The notes: generated by a model from the letters alone, not told the origin. A stretch of DNA of 36,363 bases from Candidatus Micrarchaeota archaeon (GCA_021817305.1 JAKAVL010000046.1:1-36363), one strand, 5' to 3'. Positions 9,580 to 18,731 are shown, counted from the first letter of the stretch. Made by a program: numbers and translations.

Positions 9580-11149
9580 CTCTAGAGCCCATGAACAGGA
9601 GGGTATATCTGCGCAGCAGGCGCACCGCGGATCCGGCGTACCTTATGCCGGATGTCGAGGCTGCAAGCCTGTCCAGGTCGCTTCTCTCGACAAGGTGCAT
9701 TATGCCGATTATCGCGGGATACGCGAGCAGCATTATGGTGAAGCCTGCAACGAGCTCAAGCAGATGGCCGGGCAGCAGGAGAGCGGCGTATATCGGTATT
9801 GCGAGTATGAGGTTTGCAAGGAGAACCATCGACATGCGCCCGTAGCTCAGCTTGGCCTTAAGATCGCGCATGGATAGCCGTATGAAAAGAAGGTTTGAAG
9901 CTATGCTGCCTATGATGAAGACGGAAAGTATGACGCCGATAGTGTTAAGGTATGGGATGAGCACCGCCATGGAGGCGAGCTGTATGGACACCGACAGAAG
10001 GCTGTAATAAAGGTACTTTCTGGTCGCGCCCTCCGAGGTGATCAAGCTGCCGAGAAAAACGCCTATCATGCTTATCGCTGTCCCAAATGCTATGAGCGTG
10101 AGGTAAAGCGGCGCATAGGAGTACTTGCTGGATAGGAGTATGCCAAGGCCGGGGCTGGCCATGACCCCAATGTAGATTATGAGGGGCATCGAAAACAGCA
10201 GGGAGTACAGGATTATCTTGTTGAATGACGAGTTCCTTGCCGCACGGCTCTTGCGGCCGTGGCCGGCCCTTGAGAACACCGGCACAAGAAACGAGGAGGA
10301 GGTTGTGAATAGAGTTGTCGTGAGAGCAAGGCCCTTCAGCGCGGCGCTGTAGTTTCCCAGAATCGTTGCGCTCGCGAAGGCACCCAGAATTAGCACGGAG
10401 AGGTTCTGCGTTGCAAGCTTTGACAGGTTTATCAGTCCCAGGGGCACCGAGAAGCTGAAGGCATGCATGAACTCGCTGCGGGAGGGCATGCGCAGCGAGA
10501 AGCCCCTGTATCCTGAAGCTATACGCAGCGCATAGGATACGGCTGTTGCTGCGCCTATGACATACCCGAGGAGCATGCCGAGAAGGGCGCCGTCGACGCC
10601 GAGCCCGAGGTGCAGGAATGCGAGTATGGCCGCAAGCTGTATCAGGTCTATGACTAGGGTGATCACCGCAGCGGACGTCGGCCTTGAAAGGCCTATCAGG
10701 GCCATTATCGACGAGTTCTGCAGCATCATGAAGAATATCCACAGCGACGCCAGAATGAGCGACAGGGATGACACGCCGACGTTTCCGAAGAGGACGTTTG
10801 CCACAAGTCCGCTTAACCCTACGCCGGCGAGGGTGATCACCAGCGCTGCAGGAACCAGCAATGCGTATCCCGAGGACATGGTGCGCGATATTCCTTTTGC
10901 ATTGTTGCTGCTGGAGAACCTTGAGAGGTTCCTGCTGAGATATGCCCCGACACCGAAGTTCTGCATCCCGCCTACTATGGCAGCGAAGCTTACTGCGAAC
11001 ACGTAGAATCCGTAGCTGCTTGGACCCAAGGACCTTGTAAGCACCACGAAGGTTAGGACGCTAACGATTATGGCAAAGACCTGGCCGAAGTAAAGGATGT
11101 AGGCCATCCTCGCAGCAGATGATGAAAGGCTCTCCTTCTTTGTTGCCAT
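9563..11149 (-). CDS. MOP-family (Wzx-like) oligosaccharide flippase, paralog
   Basis: TRSLGPSSYGFY, LGNYSAA, multi-TM. Start set at MATKKES. Overlaps the downstream flippase. Confidence 0.85.
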   Translation of the reverse strand: MATKKESLSSSAARMAYILYFGQVFAIIVSVLTFVVLTRSLGPSSYGFYVFAVSFAAIVGGMQNFGVGAYLSRNLSRFSSSNNAKGISRTMSSGYALLVPAALVITLAGVGLSGLVANVLFGNVGVSSLSLILASLWIFFMMLQNSSIMALIGLSRPTSAAVITLVIDLIQLAAILAFLHLGLGVDGALLGMLLGYVIGAATAVSYALRIASGYRGFSLRMPSRSEFMHAFSFSVPLGLINLSKLATQNLSVLILGAFASATILGNYSAALKGLALTTTLFTTSSSFLVPVFSRAGHGRKSRAARNSSFNKIILYSLLFSMPLIIYIGVMASPGLGILLSSKYSYAPLYLTLIAFGTAISMIGVFLGSLITSEGATRKYLYYSLLSVSIQLASMAVLIPYLNTIGVILSVFIIGSIASNLLFIRLSMRDLKAKLSYGRMSMVLLANLILAIPIYAALLLPGHLLELVAGFTIMLLAYPAIIGIMHLVERSDLDRLAASTSGIRYAGSAVRLLRRYTLLFMGSRGGSNA

Positions 11150-11233
11150 TGCAAGACCGGGACTTCTACTATGCTTTTTATTTGTTTGTATGGGAAAGTA
11201 TAAAAGCAGCCATTCCGGCGCAATGAGGTTTTC

Positions 11234-13558
11234 ATGAAGTCTTATTTTGCATTGCAGGCAGTACTCAAGGGAAGGCTTGCGGAACATGCACTCGCATTAG
11301 CAATTTATCTCGTCATTGCGCTGGCCATGTTCTGGAACCTTGCTGGAAATGCGGCGGGATCGCTCCCTAACAGCGCAGGATCCTCGTACCAGAGCGCGTG
11401 GGGCCTGTGGTGGGTCAACTATGCCACGTTCGTGCTCCACCAGAATCCCTACTTCACAAGCTATATCCTTTACCCCATAGGCGCGAACCTGAATGCGCAG
11501 GCGCTTGCCCCGATAGCAGCGTTCCTTACCTGGCCTTTGCAGCAGATAGGCGTCGCCTTCGCATACAACGTCCTCCTCTTCTTGGGATTCGCACTCTCCG
11601 GGCTTTTCATGTACATGCTTGCAAAATACATTACAGGAAACAGGTACGCCGCGTTCATTGCCGGGCTCATCTTCGCGTTCGCCCCTGCGCACATAGCGCA
11701 GTCGTATACAGGCCTGCAGTGGACAAGCGTAGAGTTCATGCCCCTTTTCGTGCTCCTTATGCTTATGACTATACGGGAGACGAGGCACAGGTATTTTTAT
11801 GCCGTGCTTTCTGGAGCCAGTTTCTTCATGGTAACGTTCTTCGGGGACATTCAGCAGGGGGCGATGATGCTTTTCTTCGCGATCCTGGCACTTGCCATTC
11901 TTCTCTTCGCCGAAAGGAGGCTCTTCGACAGGAATACTGTGTATGCGCTGGCCATCATGACTGCGGTAGCTGCACTCATGTGTGCGCCACTCCTTGCGCT
12001 GATGGCAACTGCGCCGGGGCAGGGCGGAGTGCAGCAGGCGCAGCTCAGCAGCATACCGCGCGGCATGCTATTCAGCGACACGCTCGCGTCGTTCTTCCTA
12101 CCCAGCTACTACAACGGCATTCTGGGCGGGTCTGCGGCGTACTACAATAGCACCTATGGACTGAATTATACTGGGATCCCCACACTATCGGCTGCAAGCA
12201 GGAAGGTGGCGTATCTAGGTTATACTGCCATGGCGCTTGCCGCCGTAGGCATAGCCTTCTCGTTTAAGAGGGAGCGCAAGCAGCTTGCGCTCTGGTCTGC
12301 AGTGCTGGTTGTGTTCGCATTGCTCGCGCTCGGACCGGTGCTGCAGATTACCGGCGCGGTCAGCGGTTCCCATGGCCCGGTGTACATAGGCATGAACGTT
12401 TCCAACGGCAACGTATCCGGCATGCCGATGCCATACCTGCTTTACAGCTATGTCCCCGTGATAAACTCGGTGACCCAGCCGGGGGCATTCGACATCGTGG
12501 CGGAGATGGCCCTCGCAATGCTGGCCGCGATCGGAGTTGGTCACCTGATAAAGACGGAGGCCATAGGCGGCAAGGGCCTTGCCTTTGCCGTGGCCCTTTC
12601 ACTGCTTATACTTATAGAATACAACGGCATGCCTCTGTCTGGGACGTCTGCGGCTCGGCTGACATCCAGCGCAGCGGTGCCTGCGGGGTTCGCTGCCCTG
12701 GGCAACTTCAGCGGCAATTACTCAGTTCTGTCATTGCCCGCACTGCCTGCGCAGAACGGGAGCTTCGGGTATCCGGGCACTGCCATGCTATACTCTACGG
12801 CATCAAAGAAGCCCCTGGTCGGAGGCTACTCCGCAATCATGAACGCATCGCAGCAGACAGCCCTAGAGACTATTCCGCTTGTAGTTCAGACCACGTACCT
12901 GCAGGGAAGGCAGGGATTCCTTTACCCGTACCCGATAAACGAGAACTACAGCAACCTCACGCTCCTGCTGCTTGACGAGTATGGCACTGGCATAGTTTCC
13001 ATGCAGAACGGCGCGTTTTCGCCAAACGACTCCGCGAGCCTGAGGAACTATCTGGAGAGCATTTTCGGAGCGCCGTGGTACTCCGATAACGGCACGACAA
13101 TGTTTCAGACAGGCGGCGCCATAAGCAGGCACATCGCTGTCGGGCTTGACGCGTACACTGTGGGGACATGGACGCCCGGGTACATATTCTGTGCGCAGCA
13201 GTGCAACTCCCAGTTCGCAACGATGTGGTGGGGCGGAAATCCGCGCGGCGTATACGTTTACTCGTACAGGAATGGCAGCATTGCGATGGGTACCGATGCG
13301 CTGTCGTACTATGGAACTGCCAATGTTGCAGTAATAGACAATGGCAGGCTTGCGGGCTTTATCAACGCGACCAACAACACAATTGCAAGGCAGAGGTTCA
13401 GCGTTACGCTGAACGTCACGCGGGGCCTCAACCAAGTGATACTGTACGAGCCCAACTCTACCATTGGACAGCAGAATCCGAATTACGCGCAATACCCGTA
13501 CTTCAACTTCGGGATTTACAACATGACAGTTACGTACGCGAACGACACGACGACATGA
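11234..13558 (+). CDS. Polytopic GT-C/YfhO-like membrane protein with extracellular C-terminal domain
   Basis: YQSAWGLWW, AGLIFAFAPAH, SFFLPSYY, YLGY, LALGP, LVGGY. C-terminus is sequon-rich. Confidence 0.7.
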   Translation: MKSYFALQAVLKGRLAEHALALAIYLVIALAMFWNLAGNAAGSLPNSAGSSYQSAWGLWWVNYATFVLHQNPYFTSYILYPIGANLNAQALAPIAAFLTWPLQQIGVAFAYNVLLFLGFALSGLFMYMLAKYITGNRYAAFIAGLIFAFAPAHIAQSYTGLQWTSVEFMPLFVLLMLMTIRETRHRYFYAVLSGASFFMVTFFGDIQQGAMMLFFAILALAILLFAERRLFDRNTVYALAIMTAVAALMCAPLLALMATAPGQGGVQQAQLSSIPRGMLFSDTLASFFLPSYYNGILGGSAAYYNSTYGLNYTGIPTLSAASRKVAYLGYTAMALAAVGIAFSFKRERKQLALWSAVLVVFALLALGPVLQITGAVSGSHGPVYIGMNVSNGNVSGMPMPYLLYSYVPVINSVTQPGAFDIVAEMALAMLAAIGVGHLIKTEAIGGKGLAFAVALSLLILIEYNGMPLSGTSAARLTSSAAVPAGFAALGNFSGNYSVLSLPALPAQNGSFGYPGTAMLYSTASKKPLVGGYSAIMNASQQTALETIPLVVQTTYLQGRQGFLYPYPINENYSNLTLLLLDEYGTGIVSMQNGAFSPNDSASLRNYLESIFGAPWYSDNGTTMFQTGGAISRHIAVGLDAYTVGTWTPGYIFCAQQCNSQFATMWWGGNPRGVYVYSYRNGSIAMGTDALSYYGTANVAVIDNGRLAGFINATNNTIARQRFSVTLNVTRGLNQVILYEPNSTIGQQNPNYAQYPYFNFGIYNMTVTYANDTTT

Positions 13559-13588
13559 GTTTGCTTATAAGTCTTTGGGTGCTGGATA

Positions 13589-13594
13589 TTTATA
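13589..13594 (+). promoter_or_regulatory. TATA-box candidate for the unexplained structured element
   Basis: TTTATA lies ~25 nt upstream of the 5' arm of the inverted repeat. Confidence 0.35.
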
Positions 13595-13616
13595 CCAGTG
13601 GGTGCATACTATAGTG

Positions 13617-13780
13617 CGAAGAAGGAATTTCAGTTTAAGTACAGCATTACAGCTTATTCTTAAAATGATAAAAACAGCAAGACGAAAAGTACAGCGATCT
13701 AACATTGATTTCGGGCTAGCGCAATGCGAAGCCAGCTTTTGAGATTCGACTGCTTTTGATTTGTTGAAATTCCTCTTCTC
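13617..13780 (+). ncRNA. Candidate rod-like structured RNA (or MITE-like element)
   Basis: aggaatttca (13623-13632) / tgaaattcct (13765-13774) perfect inverted repeat. Nested imperfect arm 13685-13700 / 13742-13757. Apical hairpin ~13714-13733. Confidence 0.4.
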
Positions 13781-13782
13781 AT

Positions 13783-15204
13783 AATTTAATACCAGGAGAA
13801 TTCCCCCAACCTCGTTGGGGGTTGTCTGGTATCTAATACTAAAGTCCTATCCCTAATATAAACGTATATATTTTATCTACCTATCAAGCTCGTGGAACTT
13901 ACCGCGAAGATAGAGATATTTCCCACGCCCGCACAAAAAGATACGCTATGGAAACTGTCGGAACGCTGCAGGCTGCTGTACAACTTCGCACTGAAGGAAC
14001 GGATGGACGCGTTCAAGGACAACGTCAAGATAGGCTACCTAGAACAGCAAAACGATCTTCCGCGAATAAAGAAGAGGTATCCGCAATACGCATGGGTCCA
14101 TTCAAAGGTGCTACAGGGCACACTCCGGCACCTCGATACGGCATACGGATCGTACAACGCGCTGAAAAAGAACGGAGACAAGGCGGCGAGGCCGCCGAGA
14201 TACAAGGGAAGGGGCGAGTTCGCCACAATGACCTACAACCAGTCGGGATTCAAAATAAGGGACAGCAGGATAACACTTTCGCAGTTCTGCAACAACACTG
14301 CGCTTGCATTCGAGATACCGAAAAAGTACGTATTCGATAAGGTGCTTGAGGTGTCAATGTCGTCAAGGCACGGCAGGTACTTCCTGTCGGTAGTATATCA
14401 ATTCAGGGAGAAGGAGTACGTGGACAACGGCAGGTACATTGCGATAGATTTGGGGGTGAGCAACATAATCACATCGGTAAATACCGAGGCAAAGTCCCTG
14501 CAGGTCAGGAACAAGAGGCCGGATACCTACTGGGAGAAAAGGATCGAGAGCATACAGGCAAGGAAATCACACTGCAGAAAGGGAAGCAGGAAGTACAAAA
14601 ACTCCACAAGCACGAACTTTGGATGAGGAACAAGTCTGCAAACCAGATAAGGGACTTTCAGCACAAGGTATCCGATAAACTCGTAAGGAACACAAAGGCG
14701 AATACCATAATAATCGGAGACCTCTCACCGAAACAGATGGTCATGAAGGATTATGCTTCGAAATATGCCAAGGGCCTGCACAGGTCGCTCCAGAACACAG
14801 GCACGATTGGCAGATTCGCCGGTTTCCTCAAATACAAGGCAAAGAAGATGGGGAAGAAGGTTGAGGAGATAAGCGAAAAGGACACGACAAAGATGTGCTC
14901 TGCATGCGGAAAGATGCACGGCATGAAACTGTCGGACAGGATTATGGAGTGTGATTGTGGAAACCATATCGACAGGGACATAAACTCTGCGATAAACATA
15001 ATGAACGGGTTCCTATCACAGAATGCCCTAGTGGCGGGGCTGAGCGCATTTGCGCTCAAACTGCGACAAACAGGCCTGCTGAATGACAATGACGGCAGTG
15101 CGCTCGCGGAAGTACCTTATGCGGGCGGGGATACCGCCGGCTTCGCCGGCGGAGAGGACCCGCCCGTGCGTGGGGTTTATAAGGGGCGAAGCCCCTTATG
15201 TCAT
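13783..15204 (+). mobile_element. tnpB-only (IS1341-like) IS200/IS605-family element
   Basis: TCAT at 13779-13782, left-end hairpin cccccaac-ctc-gttggggg (13803-13821), tnpB, right-end hairpin 15134-15152 and terminal TCAT 15201-15204. No tnpA seen. Confidence 0.8.
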
Positions 15205-15324
15205 TACATAGACTTGCAGCAACAGCGTATCGCGCTTTGTAGAAAAGGCTTAAATACTCTATTGCAGCAGAAGGTATCAGGGAAGACCAAACGATGGGGG
15301 ATAGAATGGAAACAAATGAGTTAG
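13892..15324 (+). pseudogene. tnpB: TnpB RNA-guided endonuclease, split into 13892-14626 and 14623-15324
   Basis: CRLLYNFAL, YNQSGF, RuvC-I IAIDLG, IIIGDL, TTKMCSACG..CDCG, DRDINSAINI. One extra A in the A5 run at 14597-14601 would fuse the frames (KYKKLHKHELWMRNK). Confidence 0.88.
15020..15220 (+). ncRNA. omega-RNA (reRNA) of TnpB; scaffold ends at 15204, guide from 15205
   Basis: Hairpins at 15041-15058, 15076-15098, 15114-15176 and 15179-15199. Loop atgaca (15083-15088) is complementary to terminal tgtcat (15199-15204), giving a pseudoknot. 5' boundary approximate. Confidence 0.75.
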
Positions 15325-15551
15325 TAGAAGGTGGAACGTACGACGTTCGTTTGAACGCAAGGAACCCTAAGGGAGAGGGGATAGGCAGGATAAACGACAT
15401 CGTTGTGTTTGTGCGCAATGCGCACACGAGGATTGGGAAGACGCACCGCGTAAAGATAACAAAGCTTTACAGGACATTCGCGTACGCCGAACTCGCAGAA
15501 ATGATGGGTGGCAGTAAGTATTTTATAGGTAATGGTAGCCAAATAGTATAG
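15306..15551 (+). CDS. Single TRAM-domain RNA-binding protein
   Basis: GTYDV..KGEGIGRINDIVVFV..VKITK..TFAYAE. Followed by a T-rich tract. Confidence 0.88.
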   Translation: METNELVEGGTYDVRLNARNPKGEGIGRINDIVVFVRNAHTRIGKTHRVKITKLYRTFAYAELAEMMGGSKYFIGNGSQIV

Positions 15552-15556
15552 ACCTG

Positions 15557-15583
15557 TTTATTTTATTTTGAAATTTTTATTTT
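15557..15583 (+). terminator. T-rich archaeal terminator-like tract (may double as psmB promoter)
   Basis: tttattttattttgaaatttttatttt right after the TRAM stop codon. Confidence 0.45.
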
Positions 15584-15667
15584 ATGCGACATTATGGCAC
15601 AAGAACGGCCAGCAGTCGTTCTTGCATTTAGGGGCAGTGGCCCGGATAGATTTGAGGAAGGGATTTT

Positions 15668-16303
15668 ATGGATTACAAAGAATTCTCTGAGAGTGTGAAG
15701 CATGGCACGACTACGCTCGGCCTTGTGTGCAGCGACGGCGTGGTCATGGGGTCTGACGTAAGAGCGACAGGAGGGACTTACATATTCAGCTCTGAAGCGG
15801 TCAAGATACACAAGATAAACAACGAGCTCGGGGTCACCATAGCCGGCGGCGTTGGAGACGCGGAGTACCTTGTAAAGATACTGAAGGTGCAGAGCGAGAT
15901 ATACGGCATGAATGAGGGTAAGCTGATGACGCCGAAGGCAGCGACTTCGATAATATCGCTCATAATGCAGGAGAACAAGATGATGCCATTTTACGTTGAG
16001 CTCATATTGGGGGGCCTGAACAACGGAGTCCCAGAAGTTTACAGCGTGGACCCGGTAGGGGGCCATATAAAGGAATCGAAGTTCACCTCCACTGGAAGCG
16101 GATCCATAGCTGCTACAGGCTACATAGAGGGGGTCTACCAGGAGGGCATGAGCACGCAGGAGGCCGCAAGGCACATAGCGAAGGCGCTGAAGATAGCGAT
16201 GAAGCGCGACTCCGCAACAGGCGACGGGATACGCATGGTCTCGATAACGAAGAAGGGTTACAAGGAGTACGGCAAGGATGAGATAGAGAAACTGCTTAAG
16301 TAA
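15668..16303 (+). CDS. psmB: Proteasome beta subunit
   Basis: 13-aa propeptide ending HG, then TTT nucleophile; GSGS; RDSATGDG. Confidence 0.97.
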   Translation: MDYKEFSESVKHGTTTLGLVCSDGVVMGSDVRATGGTYIFSSEAVKIHKINNELGVTIAGGVGDAEYLVKILKVQSEIYGMNEGKLMTPKAATSIISLIMQENKMMPFYVELILGGLNNGVPEVYSVDPVGGHIKESKFTSTGSGSIAATGYIEGVYQEGMSTQEAARHIAKALKIAMKRDSATGDGIRMVSITKKGYKEYGKDEIEKLLK

Positions 16304-16375
16304 ATACGACCTACGGCGCGTTTTCAAGGTTGCATTCATTGGAATGAGCCGATAGTCTAATCAGCCAGTGATTCA

Positions 16376-18316
16376 TTGGAGAACGAAGTGCGGGAGAACA
16401 ACAAGGACATAAAGGAGAGGATAAAGGAGCTCATGCCTGCGGAAGCGGGCCTGTCAAACATAGAGTTCGAGGGCCCGGACGTTGCCGTGTACGTTAAGGA
16501 TATAGCCTACGTGTACAACGACGAGAGCATAATAAGGAACATCTCCTCCTCGATAAAGAAGAGGCTCATAGTCAGGAGCGATGAGGCGAAGCTCACCGAT
16601 GAGGAATCTGCGCTAAGTGCGATAATGAGCATCGTGCCCAAGGATGCCGGCGTGACAGAAGACAACATACACTTCGACAGGCAGTTCTCGCAGGTCTACA
16701 TAGAGGCCATGAAGCCCGGCCTTGTCATAGGCAAGGGCGGAAGCACGCTCATAAGGATCATATCGGAGACAAAGTGGGTGCCAAAGGTATTGCGCATACC
16801 CACCATGAACAGCGACGTGATAAAGGGGGTCAGGAGCCTTGTTGTCAAGGAGAGCGATTTCAGGAAGAAGTTCCTTTCCTCGCTTGGCAAGAAGATAAAC
16901 CAGCCAATGGTGAAGAGCGAGTGGGTAAAGGCAACGGCGCTTGGCGGCTTCCGCGAGGTGGGCAGATCGTGCCTGCTGCTTGAGACCAACCATTCGAAGA
17001 TTCTCATAGACTGCGGCATAAGCCCCGAGCCAGGCATAAAGGGATTCGACACCACTGCCACGGAGAACAAGGCGTTCCCCTATCTTGACGGAGCGAACAT
17101 AACGATAAACGACCTCGATGCCGTAGTGCTCACGCACGCGCACATGGACCACATAGGCTTCGTGCCTTATCTCTTCAAGTTCGGCTACAGCGGCCCGGTA
17201 TACTGCACGCCGCCCAGCAGGGATCTTGCCGCGCTTTCATTGTACGACTACAACAAGCTTGTTACTAGATCGGGGGGCACGCCGCTCTACGGCGAGAAGG
17301 ACATCAAGACGATGCTCATGCACATGGTACCCCGGGACTTCGGCGAGGTAACCAACATAACGGACGAGATAAAGCTTACGTACCACAACGCAGGGCACAT
17401 ACTGGGGAGCAGCACTGTGCACCTTCACATAGGCGAGGGCCTGTACAACATAGTGCATACGGGGGACATGAAGTATGGTTTCACGAGGCTGTTTGACCAG
17501 GCTGAGACAAAGTACCCGAGGATAGACGCGCTGTTCATGGAGAGCACGTACGGAGGGCCCAGGGACATGGGCTCCGACAGGCAGCACGGGGAGGAGGACC
17601 TCATGACCTTCATAAAGAAGGTGACAAGCGAGGGCGGCAAGGTGATGATACCGCTTTTCGCCATAGGAAGAGCGCAGGAGCTGCAGCTTGTCCTTGAGAG
17701 CTATATGAATAATCCGGCGTACAAGATGGAGGTTCCCGTGTTCCTCGACGGCATGATACTCGAGGCCAGCGCCATACACACCGCTTATCCGGAGTACCTG
17801 AAGATGGGCCTTAGGCACAGGATACTCAACAACAACTCCCCATTCGAGAGCGAGATATTCGAGATAGCGAAGGGGGAGCGCAGCGAGATAGCGGATAAGG
17901 GGCCCGCGGTAATACTCGCAAGCGGCGGAATGATGAACGGCGGAACGAGCCTGGAGTACTTCAAGCTCCTTGCAGATAATCCGAAGAACGCGCTTGTGTT
18001 CGTCGGTTACAACAGCGCAGGCTCGTTTGGAAGGAGGGTGCAGAACGGATTGAAGGAGACGGCATTGCCGGGGGAGGACGGAAAGCTTGAGCCGATGAAG
18101 ATAAACATGCAGGTCAAGACAATGGACATGTTCTCAGGCCACAGCAACAGGCCGCAGCTTATGAGCTTTGTCGAGCATCTCAGGCCGCAGGCGAAGAAGA
18201 TTTACACGATGCATGGGGAGGAGAGCAAGTGCGACGACCTCGCGAGGACGCTGAGCAGCAGGTTCAGGGTGGAGGGCCGCGCACCTATGAACCTCGACAG
18301 CATACGCTTCAAGTGA
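16376..18316 (+). CDS. fttA: Beta-CASP ribonuclease aCPSF1 (FttA), KH + MBL domains
   Basis: KPGLVIGKGG, REVGRS, THAHMDH, AGHILG, ESTYG, FSGHS. Directly follows psmB, as is conserved in archaea. Confidence 0.96.
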   Translation: MENEVRENNKDIKERIKELMPAEAGLSNIEFEGPDVAVYVKDIAYVYNDESIIRNISSSIKKRLIVRSDEAKLTDEESALSAIMSIVPKDAGVTEDNIHFDRQFSQVYIEAMKPGLVIGKGGSTLIRIISETKWVPKVLRIPTMNSDVIKGVRSLVVKESDFRKKFLSSLGKKINQPMVKSEWVKATALGGFREVGRSCLLLETNHSKILIDCGISPEPGIKGFDTTATENKAFPYLDGANITINDLDAVVLTHAHMDHIGFVPYLFKFGYSGPVYCTPPSRDLAALSLYDYNKLVTRSGGTPLYGEKDIKTMLMHMVPRDFGEVTNITDEIKLTYHNAGHILGSSTVHLHIGEGLYNIVHTGDMKYGFTRLFDQAETKYPRIDALFMESTYGGPRDMGSDRQHGEEDLMTFIKKVTSEGGKVMIPLFAIGRAQELQLVLESYMNNPAYKMEVPVFLDGMILEASAIHTAYPEYLKMGLRHRILNNNSPFESEIFEIAKGERSEIADKGPAVILASGGMMNGGTSLEYFKLLADNPKNALVFVGYNSAGSFGRRVQNGLKETALPGEDGKLEPMKINMQVKTMDMFSGHSNRPQLMSFVEHLRPQAKKIYTMHGEESKCDDLARTLSSRFRVEGRAPMNLDSIRFK

Positions 18317-18320
18317 GGCC

Positions 18321-18731
18321 ATGAAACGCCCCGCAGTAGGCGTGTCCTGCATAATAGTCAAGGAGGACATGATCCTGCTCGGCAAGAGGAAGAGCACGCT
18401 TGGCAAGGACACATGGGCATTTCCAGGAGGGCATCTCGAGCTGAGTGAGGAGCCTGAGAAAGCTGCGGTAAGGGAGACCCTCGAGGAAACGGGGCTCGCT
18501 GTCCGCAATCCGAGATTCGGCGCCATGACGAACGACATCTTTGCCGACATGGGGAGGCACTACATAACGCTGCACTACGTATGTAAGTACGAGTTAGGAG
18601 AACCGAGGGTCATGGAGCCGGAGAAGTGCGAGAAGTGGGAGTGGTTCCGATGGGACTCGCTTCCTGAACCGCTGTTCCCGCCTGTACGCAACCTGGTGAA
18701 GCAGGGCTTCAGCCCTTTTGATCTGGTCTGA
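18321..18731 (+). CDS. NUDIX hydrolase (NUDT15/MTH2-like)
   Basis: Nudix box GGHLELSEEPEKAAVRETLEETG; HYIT; EPEKCEKWEWF. Confidence 0.93.
   Translation: MKRPAVGVSCIIVKEDMILLGKRKSTLGKDTWAFPGGHLELSEEPEKAAVRETLEETGLAVRNPRFGAMTNDIFADMGRHYITLHYVCKYELGEPRVMEPEKCEKWEWFRWDSLPEPLFPPVRNLVKQGFSPFDLV

Noticed and set aside
13699-13782. 27-aa minus-strand ORF (MRRGIST...)
   Set aside because: Too short with no recognisable motif; wobble pairs and TATA favour the + strand.
15205-15220. A trans target of the TnpB guide within the window
   Set aside because: Only short partial matches were noticed (e.g. cttgcagc near 32109) without the TAM; not searched exhaustively.
13559-15305. Possible Cas12f/Cas14 locus with CRISPR array
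   Set aside because: No regularly spaced repeats or cas genes; the hairpins fit IS200/IS605 ends.
15668-18316. psmB-aCPSF1 adjacency as a novelty
   Set aside because: Well-known conserved archaeal gene pair.
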